Below are positions 52,101-64,000 of a stretch of 64,000 bases of DNA, in pieces. A program made the translations under genes and the position numbers. The stretch lies in the NCBI GenBank assembly GCA_030390025.1, contig JASTWF010000034.1, positions 5,642,001-5,706,000 on the forward strand, read 5' to 3'. Position 1 is the first letter of the stretch. Each line of letters starts with the position of its first letter. Origin of the DNA: Squalus acanthias (lineage: Eukaryota). Below the pieces are notes generated by a model. That model saw only the letters and a program-made list of their open reading frames with translations, searched no databases and was not told where the DNA came from.

Positions 52101-52366
52101 TGTATATTAGTGTTAGGTGGGGATTAAATATGTGGGGTTATGGGGATAGGATGGGATATGTTAGGGGGAATTAAATACGTGGGGTTACGGGGGTAGGGTG
52201 GGATATGTATACTGTGGGGATTAAAGCAGGGACAGGGTACTGGATTTGAATGATCAGCCATGATCGTATTGAATGGTGGAGCAGGCTCGACGGGCCGAAT
52301 GGCCTACTCCTGCTCCTAGATTCTATGTTTCTATGTTTCTATGTTTCTATGTTTCTATGTTTCTAT
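52101..52366 (+). mobile_element. CR1-type 3' end insertion, copy 3 (6 tail units)
   Basis: Same sequence and same insertion point within the monomer as at 46985. Confidence 0.88.
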
Positions 52367-55300
52367 ACCTACCTCCAGCGCCCTGTACTGAACCCTGGGG
52401 AATCGCCCTGTATACCTCCCTCCAGACCCCAGTACTGAACCCTGCGGAACTCCACTGTATGCGTCCCCCCCAGATCCCAGTACTGAACCCTGGGTAACTC
52501 CACTATATACCTCCCTCCAGCCCACAATACTGAACCCTGGGAAACTGCACTGTATACCTCCTTCCAGACTCCAGTGCGTAACCCTGGGAAACTCCACTGT
52601 ATACCTCCTTCCAAACCCCAGTACTGTACCCTCGGGAACTCCAAAGTATACCTCCCTCTAGACCCTGCTACTGAACCCTGGGCAACTTCAATGGACACCT
52701 CCCACCAGACACCAGTACTGAACCCTGGGGAACTCCACTGTATACCTCCCTCCAGACACCAGTACTGAACCCTGGGGAACTCCACTGTATACCTCCCTCC
52801 AGCCCCCAGTACTGAACCCTGGGGAACTCCACTGTATACCTCCCTCCAGACACCAGTACTGAACCCTGGGGAACTCCACTGTATACCTCCCTCCAGACCC
52901 CAGTACTGAACCCTGGGGAACTCCACTGTATACCTCCCTCCAGCACCCAGTACTGAACCCTGGGGAACTCCACTGTATACCTCCCTCCAGCCCCAGTACT
53001 GAACCCTGGGGAACTCCACTGTATACCTCCCTCCAGACCCCAGTACTGAACCCTGGGGAACTCCACTGTATACCTCCCTCCAGACCCAGTACTGAACCCT
53101 GGGGAACTCCACTGTATACCTCCCTCCAGACCCCAGTACTGAACCCTGGGGAACTCCACTGTATACCTCCCTCCAGACCCCAGTACTGAACCCTGGGGAA
53201 CTCCACTGTATGCCTACCCCGAGACCCAAGTACTGAACCCTGGGGAACTCCACTGTATACCTCCCTCCAGCCCCCAGTACTGATCCCTGGGGAACTCCAC
53301 TGTATACCTCCCTCCAGACACCAGTACTAAACCCAGGGGAACTCCAGTGTATACCTCCCTTCAGACCCCAGTACTGAACCCTGGGGAACTCGACTGTATA
53401 CATCCCTCCAGCCCCCAGTAATGAACACTGGGGAACTCCACTATATACCTCCCTCCAGACCCCAGTACTGAACCCTGGGGAACTCCACTGTATACCTCAC
53501 TCCAGTCCCCAGTACTGTACCCTAGGGAACTCCACTGTATACCTCCCCCAAGACCCCAGTACTGAACCCTGGGGAACTCCACTGGAAACCGTCCTCCATA
53601 CACCAGGACTGAACCGTGGGGAACTCCACTGTATACCTCTCTCCAGCCCCCAGTACTGAACCCTGGGGAACTCCACTGTATACCTCCCTCCAGACACCAG
53701 TACTGAACCCAGCGGAACTCCAGTGTATACCTCCCTCTGGATATCAGTACTGAACCCTGGGGAACTCCACTGTATACCTCCCTCCAGCCCACAGTACTGA
53801 ACCCTGGGGAACTCCACTGTATACGTCCCCTCCAGACCCCAGTACTGAACCCTGGGGAACTCCACTGTATACCTCCCTCCAGACCCCAGTACTGAACCCT
53901 GGGGAACTCCACTGTATACCTCCCTCCAAACCCCAGGACTGAACCCTGGGGAACTCCACTGCATACCTCTCTTCAGACCCCAGTACTGAACCCTGGGGAA
54001 CTCCACTGTATACCGCCCCCCAAGACAACAGTATTGAACCCTGGGGAACCCCACTGTTTCCCTCCCCGCAAGACAACAGTATTGATCCCTGGGGAACTCC
54101 ACTGTATACCTCTCTTCAGACCACAGTACTGAACCCTGGGGAACTCCACTGTATACCGCCCTCCAGCCCACAGTACAGAACCCTGGGAAACTCCACTGTA
54201 TACATCGCTCGAGCCCCCAGTACTGTATTGTGGGGAACTCCCCTGCACACCTCTCTCCAGCCCTCAGTACTGAAACCATGTTGAACTCCACTGTATACAT
54301 CCCTCCAGCTCCCAGTACTGTACGCTGTGGAACTGCACTGTATACTTCCCTGCAACGCCCAGTACAGCGTACTGGGTATGTCAAGTGTTTGCCTACCTCC
54401 AGCCCCCTGTTCTACACCCTGGGGAACTCCAATATATAACTCCCTTCAGCCCACAGAATTGATCGCTGGGGAACTCCACTGTATACCTCTCCCCAGACCC
54501 CAGTACTGAACCCTGGGGAACTCCACTATATACCTCCCTCCAGCCCACAATACTGAACCCTGGGAAACTGCACTGTATACCTCCTTCCAGACTCCAGTGC
54601 GTAACCCTGGGGAACTCCACTGTATACCTTCCTCCAGCCCCCCGTACTGGACCCTGGGGAACTCCACTGTATACATGCACCCAGACTCCAGTAATTTAAA
54701 TCTGGGGAAATCCACTGTATCCCTCCCTCCAGACCCCAGTACTGAACCCTGGGGACACCACTGTATACCTCCCTCCAGCCCCCAGTACTGAACCTGGGGA
54801 ACTCCACTGTATACCTCCCTCCAGCCCCTAGTACTGAACCCTGGGGAACTCCACTGTGTACCTCCCACCAGACCCAAGCACTGAACCCTGAGGCACTCCA
54901 CTGTATACCTCCCTCCAGCCACCAGTACTGAACCCTGGCGAACTCCACTGTAAACATCCCTCCAGACCCCTGCTACTGAACCCTGGGAACTCCACTGTAT
55001 ACCTCCCTCAGACCCCAGTACTGAACCTGGGGAACTCCACTGTATACCTCCCTCCAGCCCCCAGTACTGAACACTGGGGAACTCCACTGTGTTCCTCCCC
55101 CAGACCCATACTGAACCCTGGGGAACTCCACTGTTACCTCCCTCCAGACCCCAGTACTGAACCCTGGGAACTCCACTGTCTCCCTCCAGACACCAGTACT
55201 GAACCTGGGGAACTCCACTGTAATACCTCTCTCCAGACCCAGTACTGGAACCCTGGGGAACTCCAGTGTAACCTCCCTCCAGACCCCAGTACTGAACCCT

Positions 55301-58300
55301 GGGGATCTCCACTGTATACCTCCCTCCAGACCCCAGTACTGAACCCTGGGGAACTCCACTGTATACCTCCCTCCAGACCCAGTACTGAACCCTGGGGAAC
55401 TCCACTGTATACCTCCCTCCAGACCCCAGTACTGAATCCTGGGGAACTCCACTGTATACCTCCCTCCAGACCCCAGTACTGAACCCTGGGGAACTCCACT
55501 GTATACCTCCCTCCAGACCCCAGTACTGACCCTGGGGAACTCCAAAGTATACCTCCCTCTAGACCCTGCTACTGAACCCTGGGCAACTTCAATGGACACC
55601 TCCCACCAGACACCAGGACTGAACCCTGGGGAACTCCAATGGACACCTCCCACCAGACACCAGGACTGACCCCTGGGGAACCCCACTGTATACCTCCCTC
55701 CAGCCCCCAGGACTGAACCCTGAGGAAATCCACTGAACGCCTCCCTCCCGTCACCAGTACTGAACCCTGGGGATCTCCACTGTATAGCTCCCTCCAACCC
55801 CCCCAGTAATGAACCCTGTGGAACAGCACTGTATATCTCCCTGAAGCACACAGTACTGAACCCTGGGGAAATCCACTGTATACCTCCCTCCAGCCCCTGC
55901 TACTGATCCCTGACGAAATCCAGTGTATACCTCCCTCCAGACCCCAATACTGAGCCCTGGGGAACTCCACTCTATACCTCACTCCAGTCCCCAGTACTGT
56001 ACCCTAGGGAACTCCACTGTATACCTCCCCCCAGACCCCAGTACTGAACCCTGGGGAACTCCACTGTATACCATCCTCCATACACCAGGACTGAACCCTG
56101 GGGAACTTCACTGTATACCTCCCTCCAGACACCAGTACTGGACCCTGGGGAACTCCACTGTATACATGCACCCAGACTCCAGTAATTTAAATCTGGGGAA
56201 ATCCACTGTATACCTCCCTCCAGACCCCAGTACTGAACCCTGGGGAACACCACTGTATACCTCCATCCAGCACCCAGTACTGAACCCTGGGGAAATCCAC
56301 TGTATACCTCCCTCCAGCCCATAGTACTGAACCCTGGGGAACTCCACTGTATACCTCCCTCCAGCCCATAGCACTGAACCCTGAGGCACTCCACTGTAAA
56401 CTTCCCTCCAGCCCACAGTATTGAACCCTGGCGAACTCCACTGTAAACTTCCCACCAGCCCCTGCTACTGAACCCTGGTGAACTCCACTGTATACCTCCC
56501 TCCAGACCCCAGTACTGAACCCTGGGGAACTCCACTGTATACCTCCCTCCAGCCCCCAGTACTGAACACTGGGGAACTCCACTGTGTTCCTCCCCCAGCC
56601 CCCAGTACTGAACCCTGGGGAACTCCAATGTTAACCTCCATCCAGACCCCAGCACTGTACCCTGGGGAACTTCACTGTATACCTCACTCCATACCCCAGT
56701 ACTGCACCTTGGTGAACTCCACTGTACACCTCCCTCCATACCCCAGTACTGAACCCTGGCGAACTCCACTGTATACCTCACTCCACACCCCAGCACTGAA
56801 CCCTGGGGAACTCCAGTGTCTTCCTACCTCCAGACCCCAGTACTGAACCCTGGGGAACTCCACTGTATACCTCACTCCAGCACCCAGTACTGAACCCTGG
56901 GGAACTCCACTGTATACCTCCCTCCAGACCCCAGTACTGAACCCTGGGGAACTCCACTGTATAACTCCCTGCAGACCCCAGTACTGAACCTCGGGGAACT
57001 CCACTGTATACCTCCCTCCAGACCCCGGTACTGAACCCTGGGGAAATCCAATGTTTACCTCCCTGCATCCCACAGTACTGAACCCTGGGGAACTCCACTG
57101 TATACCTCCCTCCATCCCCCAGTACTGAACCCTGGGGAACTCCACTGTATACCTCCCTCCAGACCCCAGTACTGAACCCTGGAGAATTCCACTGTATACC
57201 TCCCTCCAGCCCCCAGTACTGAACCCTGGGGAACTCCACTGTATACCTCCCTGCAGCCCCCAGTACTGAACCCTGGGGAACTCCACTGCATACCTCCCTC
57301 CAGCGCCCAGTGCTGAACACTGGGGAACTGCACTGTATACGTCCCCCCCACACCCCCAAGTACTGAACCCTGGGGAACTCCACTGTATATCTCCCTCCAG
57401 ACCCCAGTACTGAACTTGGGGAACTCCACTGTATACCTCCCCCCAGAACCCAGTATTGAACCTGGGGAACTCCACTGGAACCCTCCCTCCAGCCCCTGCT
57501 ACTGAACCCTGGGGAACTCCACTGTCTGCCTCCCTCCAGACCCCAGTACTGAACCCTGGGGAACTTCATTGTATACCTCCCCCAGAACCCAGTATTGAAC
57601 CTGGGGAACTCCTCTATACACCTCCACTGCCAGACACCAGTATTGAACCCTGGGGAACTCCACTGTATACCTCCCTCCAGCGCCCAGTACTGAAACCTGG
57701 GGAACTCCACTGTATACCTCCCCCCAAAACAACAGTGCTGAACCCTGTGGAACTCCACTGCATCACTCTCCCCAAGACACCAGTATTGAACCCTGGGGAA
57801 CTCCACTGCATACCTCACCCCAAGACACCAGTATTGAACCCTGGGGAACTCCACTTTGTACCTCCCCCCAGACACCAGTACTGAATCCTGGGATACTCCA
57901 CTGTACACCTCCCCCCTGACCACAGTACTGAACCCTGGGGAACTCCACTGTATACCTCCCCCCAGACCCCAGTACTGAACCCTGGGGAAATCCACTGTAT
58001 ACCTCCATCCAGCCCCCAGTACTGAACCCTGGGGAACTCCACTGTATACCTCCCTCCAGACCCCAGTACTGAACCCTGGGGAACTCCACTGTATACCTCC
58101 CTCCAGCCCCAGTACTGAACCCTGGGGAACTCCACTGTATACCTCCCTCCAGACCCCAGTACTGAACCCTGGGGAACTCCACTGTATACCTCCCTCCAGA
58201 CCCCAGTACTGAACCCTGGGGAACTCCACTGTATACCTCCCTCCAGACCCCAGTACTGAACCCTGGGGAACTCCACTGTATACCTCCCTCCAGACACCAG

Positions 58301-61300
58301 TACTGAACCCTGGGGAACTCCACTGTATACCTCCCTCCAGACCCCAGTACTGAACCCTGGGGAACTCCACTGTATACCTCCCTCCAGACCCCAGTACTGA
58401 ACCCTGGGAACTCACTGTATACCTCCCTCCAGACACCAGTACTGAACCTGGGAACTCCACTGTATACCTCCCCCCAGACCCCAGTACTGAACCTGGGTAA
58501 CTCCACTGTATACCTCCCTCCAGCCCCAGTACTGAACCCTGGGGAACTCCACTGTATACCTCCCTCCAGCCCCAGTACTGAACCCTGGGAACTCCACTGT
58601 ATACCTCCCTCCAGACCCCAGTACTGAACCCTGGGGAACTCCACTGTATACCTCACTCCAGACCCCAGTACTGAACCCTGGGAACTCCACTGTATACCTC
58701 CCTCCAGACCCCAGTACTGAACCCTGGGGAACTCCACTGTATACCTCCTCCAGACCCCAGTACTGAACCCTGGGGAACTCCACTGTATACCTCCCTCCAG
58801 ACACCAGTACTGAACCCTGGGGAACTCCACTGTATACCTCCCTCCAGACCCCAGTACTGAACCCTGGGGAACTCCACTGTATACCTCCCTCCAGACCCCA
58901 GTACTGAACCCTGGGGAACTCCACTGTATACCTCCCTCCAGACCCCAGTACTGAACCCTGGGGAACTCCACTGTATACCTCCCTCCAGCCCCAGTACTGA
59001 ACCCTGGGGAACTCCACTGTATACCTCCCTCCAGACCCATAGCACTGAACCCTGAGGCACTCCACTGTAAACTTCCCTCCAGCCCACAGTATTGAACCCT
59101 GGCGAACTCCACTGTAAACTTCCCACCAGCCCCTGCTACTGAACCCTGGTGAACTCCACTGTATACCTCCCTCCAGACCCCAGTACTGAACCCTGGGGAA
59201 CTCCACTGTATACCTCCCTCCAGCCCCCAGTACTGAACACTGGGGAACTCCACTGTGTTCCTCCCCCCAGCCCCCAGTACTGAACCCTGGGGAACTCCAA
59301 TGTTAACCTCCATCCAGACCCCAGCACTGTACCCTGGGGAACTTCACTGTATACCTCACTCCATACCCCAGTACTGCACCTTGGTGAACTCCACTGTACA
59401 CCTCCCTCCATACCCCAGTACTGAACCCTGGCGAACTCCACTGTATACCTCACTCCACACCCCAGCACTGAACCCTGGGGAACTCCAGTGTCTTCCTACC
59501 TCCAGACCCCAGTACTGAACCCTGGGGAACTCCACTGTATACCTCACTCCAGCACCCAGTACTGAACCCTGGGGAACTCCACTGTATACCTCCCTCCATA
59601 CCCCAGTACTGAACCCTGGGGAACTCCACTGTATAACTCCCTGCAGACCCCAGTGCTGAACCTCGGGGAACTCCACTGTATACCTCCCTCCAGACCCCGG
59701 TACTGAACCCTGGGGAAATCCAATGTTTACCTCCCTGCATCCCACAGTACTGAACCCTGGGGAACTCCACTGTATACCTCCCTCCAGCCCCCAGTACTGA
59801 ACCCTGGGGAACTCCACTGTATACCTCCCTCCAGACCCCAGTACTGAACCCTGGAGAATTCCACTGTATACCTCCCTCCAGCCCCCAGTACTGAACCCTG
59901 GGGAACTCCACTGTATACCTCCCTGCAGCCCCCAGTACTGAACCCTGGGGAACTCCACTGCATACCTCCCTCCAGCGCCCAGTGCTGAACACTGGGGAAC
60001 TGCACTGTATACGTCCCCCCACACCCCCAAGTACTGAACCCTGGGGAACTCCACTGTATACCTCCCTCCAGACCCCAGTACTGAACCCTGGGGAACTCCA
60101 CTGTATACCTCCCTCCAGACCCCAGTACTGAACCCTGGGGAACTCCACTGTATACCTCCCTCCAGACCCCAGTACTGAACCCTGGGGAACTCCACTGTAT
60201 ACCTCCCTCCAGACCCCAGTACTGAACCCTGGGGAACTCCACTGTATACCTCCCTCCAGACCCCAGTACTGAACCCTGGGGAACTCCACTGTATACCTCC
60301 CTCCAGACCCCAGTACTGAACCCTGGGGAACTCCACTGTATACCTCCCTCCAGACCCCAGTACTGAACCCTGGGGAACTCCACTGTATACCTCCCTCCAG
60401 ACCCCAGTACTGAACCCTGGGAACTCCACTGTATACCTCCCTCCAGACCCCAGTACTGAACCCTGGGGAACTCCACTGTATACCTCCCTCCAGACCCCAG
60501 TACTGAACCCTGGGGAACTCCACTGTATACCTCCCTCCAGACACCAGTACTGAATCCTGGGATACTCCACTGTACACCTCCCCCTGACCACAGTACTGAA
60601 CCCTGGGGAACTCCACTGTATACCTCCCCCAGACCCCAGTACTGAACCCTGGGGAAATCCACTGTATACCTCCCTCCAGCCCCAGTACTGAACCCTGGGA
60701 ACTCCACTGTATACCTCCCTCCAGCCCACAGTACTGAACCCTGGGGAACTCCACTGTATACCTCCATCCAGCCCCTAGTCAATGAACCCTGGGGAACTCC
60801 ACTGTATACTCCCTCCAGACCCCAGTACTGAACCCTGGAGAACTCCACTGTAAACCTCCCTCCAGCCCCTGCTACTGAACCCTGGGGAACTCCACTGTAT
60901 ACCTCCCTCCAGACCCCAGTACTGAACCCTGGGGAACTCCACTGTATACCTCCCTCCAGCCCCCAGTACTGAACCCTGGGGAACTCCACTGTATACCTCC
61001 TACCAGCCCCCAGTACTGAACCCTGGGGAACTCCAATGTATACATGCACCCAGACTCCAGTAATTTAAACCCTGGGGAAATCCACTGTATACCTCCCTCT
61101 AGACCCCAGTACTGAACCCTGGGGAACACCACTGTATACCTCCATCCAGCACCCAGTACTGAACCCTGGGGAACTCCACTGTATACCTCCCTCCAGCCCA
61201 TAGTACTGAACCCTGGGAAACTCCACTGTATACCTCCATCCAGCCACTGGCACTGAACCCTGAGGCACTCCACTGTAAACTTCCCTCCAGACCCCAGTAC

Positions 61301-64000
61301 TGAACCCTGGGGAACTCCACTGTATACCTCCCTCCAGCCCCCAGTACTGAACCCTGGGGAATCCACTGTGTTCCTCCCCCAAGCCCCCAGTACTGAACCC
61401 TGGGGAACTCCAATGTTAACCTCCATCCAGACCCCAGCACTGAACCCTGGGGCACTCCACTGTATACCTCCCTCCAGACCCCAGTACTGAAGCCTGGGGA
61501 ACTCCACTGTATACCTCCCTCCATACCACAGTACTGAACCCTGGGGAACACCACTGTATACCTCACTCCAGACCCCAGTACTGAAGCCTGGGGAACTCCA
61601 CTGTATACCTCCCTCGATACCCCAGCACTGCACCCTGGGGAACTCCACTGTATACCTCACTCCATACCCCAGTACTGAACCCTGGTGAACTCCACTGTAC
61701 ACCTCCCTCCATACCCCAGTACTGAACCCTGGGGAACTCCACTGTATACCTCACTCCACACCCCAGCACTGAACCCTGGGGAACTCCAGTGTCTACCTAC
61801 CGCCAGAACCCAGTACTTAACCCTGGGGAACTCCACTGTATACCTCCCTCCATACCCCAGTACTGAACCCTGGGGAACTCCTCTGTATAACTCCCTCCAG
61901 ACCGCAGTGCTGAACCTCGGGGAACTCCACTGTATACCTCCCTCCAGACCCCAGTACTGAACCCTGGGGAAATCCAATGTTTACCTCCCTGCAGCCCACA
62001 GTACTGAACACTGGGGAACTCCACTGTATACCTCCCTCCAGCCCCCAGTACTGAACCCTGGGGAACTCCACTGTATACCTCCCTCCAGCCCCCAGTACTG
62101 AACCCTGGGGAACTCCACTGTATACCTCCCTCAGACCCCAGTACTGAACCCTGGGGAACTCCACTGTTTACCTCCCTCCAGACACAGTACTGAACCCTGG
62201 GGAACTCCACTGTAAACCTCCCTCCAGCCCCCAGTACTGAACCCTGGGCAACTCCACTGTATACCTCCCTCCAGCGCCCAGTACTGAACCCTGGGGAACT
62301 GCACTGTATACCTCCCTCCAGACCCCAGTACTGAACCCTGGGGAACTCCACTGTATACCTCCCTCCAGACCCCAGTACTGAACCTGGGGAACTCCACTGT
62401 AAACCTCCCTCCAGCCCCAGCTACTGAACCCTGGGGAACTCCACTGTCTTCCTCCCTCCAGACCCCAGTACTGAACCCTGGGGAACTCCACTGTATACCT
62501 CCCTCCAGACCCAGTACTGAACCTGGGGAACTCCACTGTATACCTCCCTCCAGCCCCTGCTACTGAACCCTGGGGAACTCCACTGTCTGCCTCCCTCCAG
62601 ACCCCAGTACTGAACCCTGGGGAACTCACTGTATACCTCCCCCCAGACCCCAGTACTGAAACCTGGGGAACTCCACTGTATACCTCCCTCCAGATCCCAG
62701 TACTGAACCCTGGGGAACTCCACTGTATTCCTCCCTCAGGCACCAGCACTGAACCCTGGGGAACACCACTGTATACCTCCCTCCAGATCCCAGTACTGAA
62801 CCCTGGGGAACTCCACTGTCTACCTCCCCCCAGTACTGAACCCTGGGGAACTCCACTGTATACCTCCCTCCAGACGCCACTACTGAATCCTGGGGAACTC
62901 CACTGTACACCTCACTCCAGATCCCTGTACTGAACGCTGGGGAACTCCACTGTCTACCTCCCTCAGACCCCAGTACTGAACCCTGGGGAACTCCACTGTA
63001 CACCTCCCTCCAGACCCCAGTACTGAACACTGGGGAACTCCACTGTATACCTCCCTCAGACCCCAGTACTGAACCCTGGGGAACTCCACTGTATACCTCC
63101 CTCCAGACCCCAGTACTGAACCCTGGGGAACTCCACTGTATACCTCCCTCCAGCACCAGTACTGAACCCTGGGGAACTCCACTGTATACCTCCCTCCAGA
63201 CCCCAGTACTGAACCCTGGGGAACTCCACTGTATACCTCCCTCCAGCCCCAGTACTGAACCCTGGGGAACTCCACTGTATACCTCCCTCCAGACCCCAGT
63301 ACTGAACCCTGGGGAACTCCACTGTATACCTCACTCCAGATCCCAGTACTGAACCTGGGGAACTCCACTGTATACCTCCCTCCAGACCCCAGTACTGAAC
63401 CCTGGGGAACTCCACTGTACACCTCCCTCCAGACCCCAGTACTGAACCCTGGGGAACTCCACTGTATACCTCCCTCCAGACCCCAGTACTGAACCCTGGG
63501 GAACTCCACTGTATACCTCCCTCCAGACCCAGTACTGAACCCTGGGGAACTCCACTGTATACCTCCCTCCAGACCCCAGTACTGAACCCTGGGGAACTCC
63601 ACTGTATACCTCCCTCCAGACCCCAGTACTGAACCCTGGGGAACTCCACTGTATACCTCCCTCCAGACCCCAGTACTGAACCCTGGGGAACTCCACTGTA
63701 TACCTCCCTCCAGACCCCAGTACTGAACCCTGGGGAACTCCACTGTATACCTCCCTCCAGACCCCAGTACTGAACCCTGGGGAACTCCACTGTATACCTC
63801 CCTCCAGACCCCAGTACTGAACCCTGGGGAACTCCACTGTATACCTCCCTCCAGACCCCAGTACTGAACCCTGGGGAACTCCACTGTATACCTCCCTCCA
63901 GACCCCAGTACTGAACCCTGGGGAACTCCACTTTATACCTCCCTCCAGACCCCAGTACTGAACCCTGGGGAACTCCACTGTATACCTCCCTCCAGACCCC

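Larger units (their letters stand above)
39305..64000. repeat. 47-bp tandem satellite, consensus ACCCCAGTACTGAACCCTGGGGAACTCCACTGTATACCTCCCTCCAG, ~500 monomers; CR1-RT-derived; runs off the right edge
   Basis: Period measured directly (GGAACTCCAC at 63781 and 63828). Minus strand translates WREVYSGVPQGSVLG. Confidence 0.97.

Noticed and set aside
39396..63978. Dozens of long minus-strand ORFs (up to 575 aa) containing GVPQGSVLG, as RT or novel protein genes
   Set aside because: They are translations of a stop-free 47-bp monomer in overlapping frames. No other RT motifs or gene structure are present.

Overview
Eukaryotic, repeat-dominated vertebrate DNA. The CR1, RTE and Penelope content and the 67-bp repeat suggest a cartilaginous fish (inference, not checked). 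There are three zones. (1) 1-~17,155 is a 38-bp satellite with multi-kb higher-order duplications. (2) ~17,160-39,300 is an island containing a CCAAT-rich CpG island and three tandem, decayed copies of a module (CR1 3' fragment, PEX5 N-terminal exons, 30-bp and 85-bp intronic minisatellites, orphan promoter plus 217-bp exon). It also holds nested CR1, Penelope (inverted pLTR, hammerhead-like core) and RTE retroelements. (3) ~39,300-64,000 is a 47-bp satellite whose monomer, read on the minus strand, encodes WREVYSGVPQGSVLG, the conserved GVPQGSVLG motif of the CR1 LINE reverse transcriptase. It therefore appears to be a satellite born from a LINE RT coding segment. No intact protein-coding gene is supported. 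Nearly all long ORFs in the track are repeat artefacts.
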